Of a stretch of DNA of 64,000 nucleotides, positions 49,297 to 59,393 are shown piece after piece (positions within the stretch are counted from its first letter, which is position 1; every line of letters starts with the position of its first letter). The notes beneath the pieces are model-generated. The model was not told the DNA's origin, made no database searches, and saw nothing but the letters and a program-made list of their open reading frames with translations. Origin of the DNA: a virus; IMG/VR virus record IMGVR_UViG_3300044684_000161, positions 26,103 through 90,102 of that record, one strand, 5' to 3'. The translations under genes were made by a program, and so were the position numbers.

Positions 49297-52164
49297 ATGG
49301 CGAACTTGCCTTCGCACGTTATTGAACAGGCGAAGTCGAGCGGCTTGGTGCCCCTCATCGAAGGATACGGGGTCAAGCTCGCGAAACAGGGTGCGGACTA
49401 TTTCGGTTTGTGCCCGTTCCATAACGAAAAATCAGAAAGTTTTACCGTGAGGCCCGACAAGGGCTTCTATCACTGTTTTGGCTGTGGAGCTCATGGAGAT
49501 CCAATCGCGTTCGTGCGAGAGTTCGAGGGCATCGGCTTCCGCGATGCCGTGCAAAAGCTGGCTGGCGGTCTTCCGGCAGATGCGACGCCGCGCGAGAAGC
49601 GCGATATCGAACACGCGGAAACAGAAGAGTGGATTGCCATCAATCCGGTTCCGGCAAGCGCGCCGGCGCCCAAGGATGTGCTGAATCGAAAGATCGGCGG
49701 CAATTGGCAAAAACTCGTCGGCAAGCAGCGCTGGGAATACCGCAATGCTGATGGCTCGCTGATCGGCTACGTCTACCGTTTTGACAAGCCAGGCGGCGGC
49801 AAGGAGGTAATGCCGCAGGTCTATTGCACGAACCAACAGACGGGCGAGATGGAATGGCGCTGGCTGTCGTTTCCAAAGCCGCGCCCGCTGTACGGGCTCG
49901 ACAAACTGGCACGCAATCCCAATGCGCAGGTCATCGTTGTCGAAGGCGAGAAGACGTGCGACGCGGCCCAGGTTCGATTTATCGAGGCCGGTGTTCCAGA
50001 GTCCAAGCTCGTTGTCGTTTCGTGGCCCGGCGGCGGCAAAGCCGTCAAGCACGCCGATTTCTCTCCGCTGTGGGGGCGCCGCGTTGGCCTGTGGCCCGAT
50101 GCTGACCTGAAGACCTACATCGACAAGCACCCGAAGGCCGGCGAGTTGATGCCTTTTCTCGAGCAACCAGGCACGATTGCTATGCTCGACGTGTTTGAGG
50201 CGATTCGCGCTAAATGCGAAGGTGTGAAGTTCTTCGTGCCTCCGCCGGGTGTACCTGATGGCTGGGACTTGGCGGACCCGTTTCCGGATGGGTTCGACCT
50301 GCTCGCGCACGCGAAGACAGCGCGGCTCGCGGAGAATATCCACGATGAGTTCAGCGTGTCCGAGCCGGAACCTGTGCTAGTTGAGGCGCGCGCCGACGAC
50401 ATCCCGCCGTGGGAAGGGAAGCCGAATTTCCCGACGCCTGATGAGAAGGCGCGCAAACCATCCAATGAGGGCGGCTCTGATGACGGCCGTGACGACGAAG
50501 AGGACGGCCCGGCGCGCAATGGACATTTCACAATTCTCGGCTACAACCGAGGCGAGTACTTCATCTTCCAGCACGACCAAGGACAGATTCAGCGGTGCAC
50601 GAAGGGGGACTTCACCGACGCAGGCTTGATCGAGCTTGCGCCGCTTAACTGGTGGGAAGCGAATTTCTCTGGCGGCGACAAGGGCGGCATCAACAAACGC
50701 GCCGCGCAGAACTTCATCATGCGCACAGCCGAGGCGCGCGGCATCTACGACATCGGCCGCATTCGCGGACGCGGAGCGTGGATCGACGAAGGGCGCTTCG
50801 TGTTCCATCACGGGGCCCGGTTATCAGTCGATGGCGAAACGACCGATATCACGAAGATCAAGTCGCGCTACGTATACGAACTCGACGCGGATTTGCCTGA
50901 GCCGGCTGATGAGCCGTTGTCCGACGAGGAAGGCGCTCAATTGCTCGAAGTGGCGAAATCATTTCGATGGACCAAGCCAGGATCTGCGGCGCTGCTCGCA
51001 GGTTGGGTTGTCCTTGCACCGCTCTGTGGCGCGCTGAAATGGCGCCCTCACATTTGGTGTACGGGGGGCGCTGGATCGGGCAAGACAACGGTGTTGAACG
51101 AGTTCGTCCAACCGCTTATGTGCGGCATGGAGGTATTCGCGCAAGGCAATAGTTCGGAGGCCGGCATCCGACAGACGCTGCGCGCCGACGCTCGCCCGGT
51201 GCTGTTCGATGAGTCCGAGCAGAACGACGAGCGCGAAAAAAACCGCGTTCAAGCGATCATTTCGCTGATCCGCCAAGCATCGACCGAATCGCAGGCGCGC
51301 ACGTTGAAGGGCACCGCCGGCGGCGAAGCGATGTCGTTTCACATTCGCTCAATGTTCTGCCTAGCGTCGATCCAGGTGGGCTTGAAGCACCAGGCCGACA
51401 TGGAGCGCTTGACCGTCCTGGCGCTGCGCCCGAAGCGCGACGACAAGGACGCTGCAGGGACATGGGAGAAGATCAAGGCGGCACTCTACACGATCCAGCG
51501 CGATCGAAATCTGCCAGCTAAGCTGTTCCGGCGATCGCTCGATCTACTGCCGATCATCCGCGAGAACATCGAAACGTTCTCGGCTGTCGCTGCTCGTCGC
51601 TTCGGTTCCCAGCGCGAAGGCGATCAATACGGAACCTTGCTCGCAGGGACTTGGGCGCTCACTTCCAGCGCTCTCGTCACATTTCCCGAGGCCGAGGCCA
51701 TGATCGACAGCTACGACTGGTCGGAGCATGTCGAAAACAATGAGACAGACGAAGCGCAGCGTGCGCTCGCGGCGCTCATGGAGTCACACGTGCGCCTTAA
51801 CGGAATCGAGGTGACGGTGCATGAACTCGTGCGCGCAGCCGCCAATGCGCCGACGGAGGTGGTCGACCTTGCATCCCCGAAAGCCAATGCGATCCTTGAG
51901 CGCCACGGCATGAAGGTGCGTAATAACCGGCTTCTGTTCTCGAACAATTCGAACGAACTCAAACGGCTGATGGAAGGTACTTCGTTTGAGGCTGATTTGC
52001 GCGGCGTGCTTCTTCGGCTTGAAGGCGCTGACCGGTTCGGTAACCTCACGGTGAAATTCAACGGCGTCCCGGGAAAATGCATTAGCCTCCCGCTTGATCC
52101 TTTGATCGACGATGATGTCCGCTCTCCGACGATTTCATACAGTAACGAGACGGAGGAATTCTGA
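49297..52164 (+). CDS. Primase-helicase (CHC2 Zn finger, TOPRIM, P-loop)
   Basis: CPFH...CFGC; VEGEK, DAD; GGAGSGKTT, LFDE. Confidence 0.9.
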   Translation: MANLPSHVIEQAKSSGLVPLIEGYGVKLAKQGADYFGLCPFHNEKSESFTVRPDKGFYHCFGCGAHGDPIAFVREFEGIGFRDAVQKLAGGLPADATPREKRDIEHAETEEWIAINPVPASAPAPKDVLNRKIGGNWQKLVGKQRWEYRNADGSLIGYVYRFDKPGGGKEVMPQVYCTNQQTGEMEWRWLSFPKPRPLYGLDKLARNPNAQVIVVEGEKTCDAAQVRFIEAGVPESKLVVVSWPGGGKAVKHADFSPLWGRRVGLWPDADLKTYIDKHPKAGELMPFLEQPGTIAMLDVFEAIRAKCEGVKFFVPPPGVPDGWDLADPFPDGFDLLAHAKTARLAENIHDEFSVSEPEPVLVEARADDIPPWEGKPNFPTPDEKARKPSNEGGSDDGRDDEEDGPARNGHFTILGYNRGEYFIFQHDQGQIQRCTKGDFTDAGLIELAPLNWWEANFSGGDKGGINKRAAQNFIMRTAEARGIYDIGRIRGRGAWIDEGRFVFHHGARLSVDGETTDITKIKSRYVYELDADLPEPADEPLSDEEGAQLLEVAKSFRWTKPGSAALLAGWVVLAPLCGALKWRPHIWCTGGAGSGKTTVLNEFVQPLMCGMEVFAQGNSSEAGIRQTLRADARPVLFDESEQNDEREKNRVQAIISLIRQASTESQARTLKGTAGGEAMSFHIRSMFCLASIQVGLKHQADMERLTVLALRPKRDDKDAAGTWEKIKAALYTIQRDRNLPAKLFRRSLDLLPIIRENIETFSAVAARRFGSQREGDQYGTLLAGTWALTSSALVTFPEAEAMIDSYDWSEHVENNETDEAQRALAALMESHVRLNGIEVTVHELVRAAANAPTEVVDLASPKANAILERHGMKVRNNRLLFSNNSNELKRLMEGTSFEADLRGVLLRLEGADRFGNLTVKFNGVPGKCISLPLDPLIDDDVRSPTISYSNETEEF

Positions 52165-52610
52165 TGGCTGCCCAAATCACGGTGCCGAAGGGTTTCAAGA
52201 GTGACTTCGATCTCGTTTGCGACCGCCTCAGCGCCACGCCAGAAGAGATCGAGGACATTCGCCAGAAGGTGCGTGCCGACTTTGAGGATTGGGGACGCGT
52301 CGTGCAGCGTATGGCGGCTATCTGGCGCTACGTTGACCGCGTGTGGGCGTCGTTCCTCGGTGGCGTCGGCGTGTTGCCATCACGCGAGCAGTGTGAGACT
52401 TGCATCAGGGCTATGGCGTGGATGCCGGCCGATCCGATCCTCTTCGATCGGCTTGAACATATCGAGCTCGTTGAACTGTGCGGGCAGATCGACGGCGCGA
52501 TCTTAGGGCCGATCCCATACGAAGAAGCCCCACATTTCAGTACGATGCGAGATATGATGGAATATCGCGCGCTCGAGGCGCGGATGCGCGCGGAGCTTAC
52601 CGCGACTTGA
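52164..52610 (+). CDS. Hypothetical protein
   Basis: Coupled to primase stop; RBS GGAGG. Confidence 0.6.
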   Translation: MAAQITVPKGFKSDFDLVCDRLSATPEEIEDIRQKVRADFEDWGRVVQRMAAIWRYVDRVWASFLGGVGVLPSREQCETCIRAMAWMPADPILFDRLEHIELVELCGQIDGAILGPIPYEEAPHFSTMRDMMEYRALEARMRAELTAT

Positions 52611-52785
52611 GACAAGCCTCGCGCGTCTCGTGGATGACTTGCAGGACGAGGTCGATCACTTCGCTGTATGGCACCCAGCGACAGGATTCGGCGACGACGC
52701 GGTCCTCGTCGTTCGACACATTGATCATGTCTACGCCTTCGCACTCCGGCTCAAAGATGCGTACTGAGAAAGGCGGAAGGCTCAT
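52597..52785 (-). CDS. Small hypothetical protein
   Basis: Preceded by promoter motif variant and hairpin. Confidence 0.45.
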   Translation of the reverse strand: MSLPPFSVRIFEPECEGVDMINVSNDEDRVVAESCRWVPYSEVIDLVLQVIHETREACLKSR

Positions 52786-52787
52786 GG

Positions 52788-52831
52788 CAATCTGACCGGA
52801 GGAGGACTCTAGTCAGATTGTCGTGTCGCGA
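52788..52831 (-). promoter_or_regulatory. Late-promoter variant TCGCGAC-AC-GACAAT with 9-bp hairpin
   Basis: CAATCTGAC/GTCAGATTG stem ends 2 nt before ATG. Confidence 0.6.
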
Positions 52832-52838
52832 CGGCGTG

Positions 52839-54050
52839 TCAGGCGGCCCACGATACCCAGTTCGCCGCTGGGGCCGCGCGCGGCTCGTCTACGTTCACCG
52901 GCATGCTGAACGTAATCCCATGCACCGGGTGGGTAATCCAGAGCGCTTGACGCGGCGGCTCGAAGCCGAAGTTGTTCGAGAAGGCGTACTCGTCGTATCC
53001 CTTCAGCGAGCCGTTGACGATGAGACGTTGCAATTGGATCAATTGATGCCAGTGACCGAGCAGCATCGTGTCATAGCTGGCCCCGATCTGCGTCTGACGA
53101 CTACGCTTTTTGTGGTCGCCTCGGATGATAGGCCCAAGCGCGCCGATCATGCCATCGCCGCCGCGAAATTGATCACCATGCGTGAGCAGATAGCGATGTT
53201 CGAAAACCTTGTAGATCGCATCCGGGCCATTCGGAATGAGGAATGAGATGCGTTTGTCTTGCTCGAACCGCTTGGCGAGGAAGCAATAGAGCAACCAATC
53301 GAACGAAGTGTAATTGCGCCCCTTCGCCCGGATTTTGTGTGTGTTGCGGCCGTGGTTGCCGGATACACACGGCACGAAGACTTTCCCAAACCGATCTGCC
53401 AGGGTTTCGATGCACCAACACAACACGCCAAACAGATCAAGCACCGTTGGCATGATCTCGACCTCATTGGTCGCCATCAACTCTTCGTGGATATCGCCCG
53501 ACACGAGGTCTCCACCGAGGGCAAATACGATACCCGGATAGGTCGGATTGACCATATGGTTGTTGAGGAGATTGATCGCTGTCTCGATCAATCGGCGCGC
53601 CCGGCGATGCGCTATTTCAAGATTGTATTCATTCACACCGTTGATTTGCAGTGGATCGACGACCTCCGCCCAATGCCAGTCAGATGCGAATAGGGTGGGG
53701 ACGCCTGGAGCATCTTTGGCGAACCGCTTCGGCACAAGCCATTTTGGCGGCTCTACAGATTCGGCTACCAGCTTTAGAATTTTTCGCTTTACGTATTCTT
53801 CGTCTAGCGCTTCCTGTCGGGCAGAGGAAATTGCGGACCTTAATGTGCGAACTTCACTCTCGAGTTCGGCAAGTCGACCAGGGTCATTTGATTGTGCCGG
53901 GCTTTCGACGAGCGCCGACTGCATCCCCATCTTCTTCATCCGGCGCAGGCACCAGGAACTGTCTATGCCGAGATCGCGGGCCGTTGCTCGATGGTCGTAG
54001 TTGTTCTTGCGCGTGGCCGCTTCGAATTGTTCGTCTGAAATTGTAGGCAT
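52839..54050 (-). CDS. Calcineurin-like metallophosphoesterase with N-terminal HTH/coiled coil
   Basis: SDWH, GGD, GNHGR, THGD, GHWH. Confidence 0.85.
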   Translation of the reverse strand: MPTISDEQFEAATRKNNYDHRATARDLGIDSSWCLRRMKKMGMQSALVESPAQSNDPGRLAELESEVRTLRSAISSARQEALDEEYVKRKILKLVAESVEPPKWLVPKRFAKDAPGVPTLFASDWHWAEVVDPLQINGVNEYNLEIAHRRARRLIETAINLLNNHMVNPTYPGIVFALGGDLVSGDIHEELMATNEVEIMPTVLDLFGVLCWCIETLADRFGKVFVPCVSGNHGRNTHKIRAKGRNYTSFDWLLYCFLAKRFEQDKRISFLIPNGPDAIYKVFEHRYLLTHGDQFRGGDGMIGALGPIIRGDHKKRSRQTQIGASYDTMLLGHWHQLIQLQRLIVNGSLKGYDEYAFSNNFGFEPPRQALWITHPVHGITFSMPVNVDEPRAAPAANWVSWAA

Positions 54051-54058
54051 AGCTCGGC

Positions 54059-54117
54059 CCCGAAAGTGTGGTCTGCTGCACATTTTCGGGTCACGACTTT
54101 GGGCTATACGGTCACGA
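54059..54117 (-). promoter_or_regulatory. Tandem late-promoter motifs with a 12-bp hairpin
   Basis: TCGTGAC-CG-TATAGC and TCGTGAC-CC-GAAAAT; CCCGAAAATGTG/CACACTTTCGGG. Confidence 0.7.
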
Positions 54118-54289
54118 TCTTCTGCGGGCGGTGACTGCGGGCCGGCGGGAGGATCGAGAAGTTTTCCGGCAGTATCCATACGCCGCCGACCATTTTGGCG
54201 GCCGGAATGCGGCCCTGCTGGATGAGCTTTTGAATGCGGCGGGGCGTCACACCAAATCGCGCGGCCGCTTCGGCGGTGCTGATCGTCAT
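54104..54289 (-). CDS. Excisionase-family HTH protein
   Basis: STAEAAARFGVTPRRIQKLI..GRIPA...GGVW. Confidence 0.7.
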   Translation of the reverse strand: MTISTAEAAARFGVTPRRIQKLIQQGRIPAAKMVGGVWILPENFSILPPARSHRPQKIVTV

Positions 54290-54548
54290 CAAAATCCCCC
54301 GAAAGAGTGAATCGTGAGCAGCGCCGTGAAGGCTACGATGGAGGCGGCGACGCATGCGCCGAGTACCTGCTTAGATGCTGCGCTCATGACGGTTGCTCCA
54401 TTCGGAAATTGTTTCCCAGCAGTTACGCTCGTCCATCGGGCGGCTCTGGTTGATGCGCACGATACACAGGCAAATGACAGTCGCGACAATCATGAACCCT
54501 AGATAGATCGCCGCGATTTCCCCAAATACGTCCATAGTTCATCTCCTA

Positions 54549-54980
54549 TTATTGGACCGCTTCTGCCAGGACTACGTTGAGCGCGTCGCGAATCTCACGG
54601 CGCGTGCTGATGTCCTGAATCTCATTTGAAAGCGTCAGCGCCTCGCCGATCGCGCGGAACTCGTCGCCGGATACGCCCCAGCGTCCAGACGCTGCTGCGC
54701 GTGCGCGCACCTCGACTATCGCCTCAAGTGCGCGCGACATGACGGCCTGCGCTTCGGCTGGCTGCTGCCGCGCAAGCACAGCACCGAGGTTCAGTGCACA
54801 CGCCAGGGTATGCCATCCTGGTTCGTCGCCAACACCGCGCCGGAACGCATCGAGCACCGTGTGCGGCGGCAGTTGCAGATTCGTCATTGCCTCCTTTGGC
54901 ACTGCGAACGTCATCGGCAGGTAGCCCGGGAGCAGCTTGCGCGGGCGGTATGGCTTGCGGGGCCTGGTGCTCTTAGGCAT
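54549..54980 (-). CDS. Hypothetical protein
   Basis: MPKSTRPRK start with RBS GGAGG. Confidence 0.6.
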   Translation of the reverse strand: MPKSTRPRKPYRPRKLLPGYLPMTFAVPKEAMTNLQLPPHTVLDAFRRGVGDEPGWHTLACALNLGAVLARQQPAEAQAVMSRALEAIVEVRARAAASGRWGVSGDEFRAIGEALTLSNEIQDISTRREIRDALNVVLAEAVQ

Positions 54981-55530
54981 GCTCCGCCTCCCCAGCGATC
55001 TCGGCGCGCAGGTGCTCGACGAATGGCATCCAAACGTGATCGTAGAAGCCGACCAGAGCGGGCCTCTCGCGCTGCTCGACGAAGTGCCATGGTTCGTCTC
55101 CAAGCGGTTCGCAGCCGAACAGCGCATTGATGAATAGGTCTTTGCCGCAGTCCTCGCATGGAATCTGATGCCATGCCTCGCGCGCTTCTTCCGCGTCGAT
55201 GGAGCGGTCGCGTCGCTCACGAATGATTTCGCGCCTCACGCGCGCGACCGATGCGTCGAAGTCGAATTCGTAGAGCGACAGGCCGGCCAGCTTGTCGAGC
55301 AGGTAGCCGCGATCGATTGACACGAGGAACCATTTAAGTGTCGATCCCATGTTGCCCCATGAGTAGGCGTAATTTCCGTAGTCGGAATTGATCAGGATTT
55401 CACCGCCGTGCATGATTCCGCTCGTGCTCGGGCGCTCCCATCCGCGTAGCGCGATAGTCGCCCAGCATCCGTGCTCGCCGCGCAAGCTGTAGCGCTCCAT
55501 CGGCGGTTCTTTGGTGATTGTCGTGGTCAT
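54973..55530 (-). CDS. Hypothetical protein
   Basis: SDYGNY.Y.W...YLLDKL pattern; coupled to next gene. Confidence 0.6.
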   Translation of the reverse strand: MTTTITKEPPMERYSLRGEHGCWATIALRGWERPSTSGIMHGGEILINSDYGNYAYSWGNMGSTLKWFLVSIDRGYLLDKLAGLSLYEFDFDASVARVRREIIRERRDRSIDAEEAREAWHQIPCEDCGKDLFINALFGCEPLGDEPWHFVEQRERPALVGFYDHVWMPFVEHLRAEIAGEAEHA

Positions 55531-55576
55531 GGTGTTCTGGCCCGGCGCGGCCGGGCGTTGGTTTGCGATTTGCGAT

Positions 55577-55759
55577 TCAGGCTGCGATTGACGGGGGCGC
55601 CGACACGATCCCGATCGCACGCTCAGCGAAGTTGCAAACGTCGAGCACGTCATCGACCCATGCCGGGTACGGCGGCTCGCCACCGGCATCGATCTCCGCG
55701 CGGAATTGCTCAAGCGCTTCTTTCGCCAGTGCACGCAGGCGTTCGATTTGGTTTTTCAT
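55577..55759 (-). CDS. Small hypothetical protein
   Basis: Part of leftward small-gene array. Confidence 0.5.
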   Translation of the reverse strand: MKNQIERLRALAKEALEQFRAEIDAGGEPPYPAWVDDVLDVCNFAERAIGIVSAPPSIAA

Positions 55760-55767
55760 GGTCGTAT

Positions 55768-55998
55768 TTATTGGTTGTATATCGAAGGCTCCCAGCCGTC
55801 GCGGAGCACAATGTGCTGGGAGGCAAACGGGGCTTCATGAGGCTCGTTTCGATCAATCCGCCTTGTCGAGCCAGCCGGGATTCTTTGTGGCGCGTCAAGA
55901 CATCCGGAGCCGTCCTCACCACAGATATCCACGCATTTGAACTGCGCGCTCATGCGACGATCGTAATAGACGGCATCGTAGTAGGTTCGATCGAACAT
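55768..55998 (-). CDS. Small hypothetical protein
   Basis: Part of leftward small-gene array. Confidence 0.45.
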   Translation of the reverse strand: MFDRTYYDAVYYDRRMSAQFKCVDICGEDGSGCLDAPQRIPAGSTRRIDRNEPHEAPFASQHIVLRDGWEPSIYNQ

Positions 55999-56464
55999 GG
56001 CTGTCTCAGCGGGTAGCATCCAAGTAACCCAGCGCGTAGCCGGAGCTCTGCTCGCGCGGCGCGCGGCCTCTCATCGCGTCGTTCCAGCCGCGCGCCCACG
56101 CGCGGATGCGGTATTGTTCGATGTTCTGCATGTTCATGGTCTCAGTGGGCCCGGCGGACCGGGCGGGTTGTTAAATGGATTTGCGGCCGCGAAGTTGATC
56201 GACGTACCACTTAGCGTCAGCCAGCGTGCTTTCGCGCCCGATGAACTCGCCGGCCTTCGTGATAGCCCAGCGACGCCCATTCTTGGCAATGGAACGGCAA
56301 TGCGTCGCGCATCAGGTCCAGCAGGTCGCGTGCTGTAGTGCTCATGGTGGCATCCCCGTTTGAAGTCGTGCGCCGCGACGATGACAAGCGACGCGATGCA
56401 CACGCCGATTGCTACGCCCAGCGCAAGGCCGATTTGAAATGTGGTCATGGTATTGTAATTAGTT

Positions 56465-56683
56465 TTAGAGTCGATTGATTGCTGCGCCTATCAATTCCTT
56501 CGCAAGTGCCATTGCCTCGCGCGGCGTCAGGTGAAGTGAAATTTTTCGACCATCATCGTAGTCGGTTGGGAAAAATTGCACCTTGATCCCAAGCGCACTG
56601 CCAGGCCCGGAATATACGGCGGCCGTCGATTGGCACTCGATAAGCTTTGCCGATTTCAGATTGAACTTTTCCTCGATTCTCAT
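56465..56683 (-). CDS. Small hypothetical protein
   Basis: MRIEEKF...LTPREAMALA; follows 22-bp repeat. Confidence 0.5.
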   Translation of the reverse strand: MRIEEKFNLKSAKLIECQSTAAVYSGPGSALGIKVQFFPTDYDDGRKISLHLTPREAMALAKELIGAAINRL

Positions 56684-56699
56684 GGTATCAATGCCCGCC

Positions 56700-56924
56700 G
56701 AAGCGGGAGTGGTTAGGCGGATTGCTTGCAGTGATAGCAACGGTACTGCGCGCCTTTCTGCGGCATCGAAACGTGCGGTGCCCATGTGCTCATGTGACCG
56801 CAAGCTCCAAAGACGTACACGCCTTTCTCGTCGCGCTCGACATGGGACACAGTTACGAGTGGGCCGCGTGGGTCAGGGTTGCTCTGCATCATCGTTCTCC
56901 TAGAAGCGGGAGTGGTTAGGCGGA
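56700..56924. repeat. 22-bp perfect direct repeat GAAGCGGGAGTGGTTAGGCGGA (56700-56721, 56903-56924)
   Basis: Flanks one small gene; each copy contains the upstream gene's stop codon. Confidence 0.85.
56713..56892 (-). CDS. Small Zn-binding protein (CGH...CYHC)
   Basis: RBS AGGAG; between the repeats. Confidence 0.55.
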   Translation of the reverse strand: MMQSNPDPRGPLVTVSHVERDEKGVYVFGACGHMSTWAPHVSMPQKGAQYRCYHCKQSA

Positions 56925-57122
56925 AGCGAGCGCAATGCGTTCTGCCGTGCGATACGCGGCATAAAGCTCTGGTTCGTTCGCGTACCAGTACCCCGACGCT
57001 CGGCCAGCACAGTAGCCAGCACCTTTCCCCAGCGCCCAATCAAAATGGTCCGGTCCGAGACGGTCGCGCGCATCGGCTTCGCTCATTTCTTCGCGCCAGT
57101 AGTCTTTCGTTGCCATCGTCAT
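56916..57122 (-). CDS. Small hypothetical protein
   Basis: RBS AAGGGG; leftward array. Confidence 0.55.
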   Translation of the reverse strand: MTMATKDYWREEMSEADARDRLGPDHFDWALGKGAGYCAGRASGYWYANEPELYAAYRTAERIALASA

Positions 57123-57141
57123 CCCCTTCGTGATTGCGTTG

Positions 57142-57318
57142 TTAGTCTGCCTTGACCCAGGCGTCGAATTGCTCATCCAAGCCGGCCTCATGAATCAGCG
57201 ACAGCGGATGCACAAACGGGGCGAAGATGCCTTCCGCCTTTAGGCCATGAGCATCGGCGAATTCCTTAGCAACCGCGAAGATTTCAGCGTCGGTGCTCAT
57301 GTCGTTCAGCTTGCTCAT
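57142..57318 (-). CDS. Small hypothetical protein (58 aa, not in ORF track)
   Basis: MSKLNDMSTD...; RBS AAGGGG. Confidence 0.5.
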   Translation of the reverse strand: MSKLNDMSTDAEIFAVAKEFADAHGLKAEGIFAPFVHPLSLIHEAGLDEQFDAWVKAD

Positions 57319-57568
57319 TTTGCTGCCCCTTTGTGTTCGCGTTGTCGATGTACGTAATGTACGCCAAAACGAACACTTAGGAGCACTTGGGGCGATTGAT
57401 ATTTATTAATCGAATTTGAGTAATCGATAGCTTTCGCTATGCGTTCAGCAGCCGGACATCTGGCTCGCTACTCCGGCAGCGATCAACGCAAGCGCGAGCC
57501 TGCGCAACTCAAGCGATTGAGGATGCTCGGCGCGTAGCTCGAGCAGGTCGCGTGCGGTCTGGCTCATC

Positions 57569-57766
57569 TCAGTCCTCGTCGGCGTCGATCGCGAGCAGCA
57601 GGTCCACGTCGTCAGCCGTAATGTGTAGCGACTTGGCGGCGTCGATCTGGCCGCGCATGGCGCTCAATCCATCCAGCGCTGCCGCATGCGTGCTGAACGT
57701 TCCGAGCCAGCGGTCGTCAGCGTATAGACGGCCATCGATGACCGTCATGTCGCGGTTCCAATCCAT
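57569..57766 (-). CDS. Small hypothetical protein
   Basis: RBS GGGAG. Confidence 0.55.
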   Translation of the reverse strand: MDWNRDMTVIDGRLYADDRWLGTFSTHAAALDGLSAMRGQIDAAKSLHITADDVDLLLAIDADED

Positions 57767-57778
57767 GATGGCGTCTCC

Positions 57779-58108
57779 CTATGCCGCGCCGAACAACGCG
57801 CGTCCGAGCGCGACGAATGCGTCGGACTGCTCCTCACAAGGGCGAGCGCGACGAATGCGCACAGAGGTCGCCCAGCGCGAGAACTCGGCCTGATCGAACG
57901 GTACCGCGCCGAGCCGATAGATCGGCGATAGACGCGGTCCACCCTCTCGCCGGTACTTACCCGTGGGTTCGGCCATGCGAAGGCTGACGAGCTTGCGCAT
58001 CGCACTCTCAACCGCCTTCTCGTTCAAGTTGAGCTCGCGCTGCAACTCGGGCCGCGTCGCAGTTTCGTGCGCGGACAAATACGCGCAGATTTCGGCGGCG
58101 GCGCTCAT
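57779..58108 (-). CDS. Winged-HTH-like protein
   Basis: ATRPELQRELNL...AMRKL...IYRL. Confidence 0.55.
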   Translation of the reverse strand: MSAAAEICAYLSAHETATRPELQRELNLNEKAVESAMRKLVSLRMAEPTGKYRREGGPRLSPIYRLGAVPFDQAEFSRWATSVRIRRARPCEEQSDAFVALGRALFGAA

Positions 58109-58326
58109 CCCTCTGTCACCACAGCATGAGCCTCGGACTCACGCCGACGCTTGGCGTCCTCAAAGCATCGCTCGCACGAGTGCAGTTTGAAGAGGGCGCC
58201 GTAGCCATGGAGCCGACCCTCGCGCTTTTTCACGCCTTCTTTGAGCACTTTGCACTCAAGACATAGCTCCACCACGCGCACGGTCATCGGCCGGCTATTC
58301 CACGCTTGCCGTTCCTTCGGTGTCAT
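58105..58326 (-). CDS. Small Zn-finger protein
   Basis: CLEC...CERC; RBS GGAG. Confidence 0.55.
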   Translation of the reverse strand: MTPKERQAWNSRPMTVRVVELCLECKVLKEGVKKREGRLHGYGALFKLHSCERCFEDAKRRRESEAHAVVTEG

Positions 58327-58702
58327 TGTGCGGTCTCCTACCTAGCACCAGAGCACGTCGTCATAGGCGACGTAGTGCGTTTCCAGGAGGTGCCCACTGT
58401 GGCTGAACACGTCGACGCGGAAAAATGGCCGCAGCCCCATCGCGAGCGCGCGGTTCCTCGGGTCGAATATCGTCAGCGTGCGATGCATGGTGCCCTCCTG
58501 CTCGAAAGTGTGGTGTCACGAAGCGGGAGGCGATTGGTCGAACAGAGCCGTATTTCCCCGTCTGTTCGCTGTCCCACGCTTCGATCAAAAATGATCAACC
58601 ACGCTCAGAGTCTAGGGCATGTACAAAATATGATGATTGTATTTGATGATCGGATTTGAGGAATGGATAGACGAAACGGCCGGAAGCTCCCGGCCGCGCC
58701 TA

Positions 58703-59365
58703 TCAGGCAGTGCGGGTGATGCGGTGTGGGGTGGTAGGGCGCCACGGCTCAATCTCGGTGACTGAGAATTTCCGCCCCAAACGACGGCCGTGGTAAAAGC
58801 AGCGCTGCTGCAAATTGACCCGCATTGGCTCGACCTCGAACGGCACAACGAATGATTCACCGATCTCCAATTGATCGAACGGATACTTCGTTTTATATGG
58901 CTGTGGCGTCCATTCTATGTCGCGTGTCTGAGCAGGAATGTTCGGCGATGACACGGCTTCAGGATCAAGTCGAATCACGGTCATTCCGGTGATTGAACTG
59001 CGGCAACTGAGTTTCCAGCCGTGCCGCCTCGCGAATCCCTTAGCCGCTTGTCGCACTCGGTCACGTTCCCTCGGCGAAGCGGGAACTGTCATCGACTCTC
59101 CGACGCGCAGCGAACGAAAGTTGTACTTTGACTCACGCATATCCTCGCCATCACCAACATCAGATCGAGGGCGTGGCGTGCGCGTGATGATGAGGTACGT
59201 CCCATCATAGACAGAATCGAACTTGGTTTGCCGAGCGCGCCCCATCTTGCGTAGGAGCGTCATCGCCGATGGGACGACGCCACCGCCCATCTTCACCTTA
59301 TCGGTTTGACCAACCTCAAGTTTGCCGGCGATTCGTCGGATCAATACGGTTAATTCAGTGTTCAT
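58703..59365 (-). CDS. Basic protein with two KY.F..L..GES repeats (putative DNA-binding)
   Basis: KYNFRSLRVGES and KYPFDQLEIGES; next to putative origin. Confidence 0.6.
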   Translation of the reverse strand: MNTELTVLIRRIAGKLEVGQTDKVKMGGGVVPSAMTLLRKMGRARQTKFDSVYDGTYLIITRTPRPRSDVGDGEDMRESKYNFRSLRVGESMTVPASPRERDRVRQAAKGFARRHGWKLSCRSSITGMTVIRLDPEAVSSPNIPAQTRDIEWTPQPYKTKYPFDQLEIGESFVVPFEVEPMRVNLQQRCFYHGRRLGRKFSVTEIEPWRPTTPHRITRTA

Positions 59366-59393
59366 AGGTGTCCTTTGATGGATTGGCATGCTC

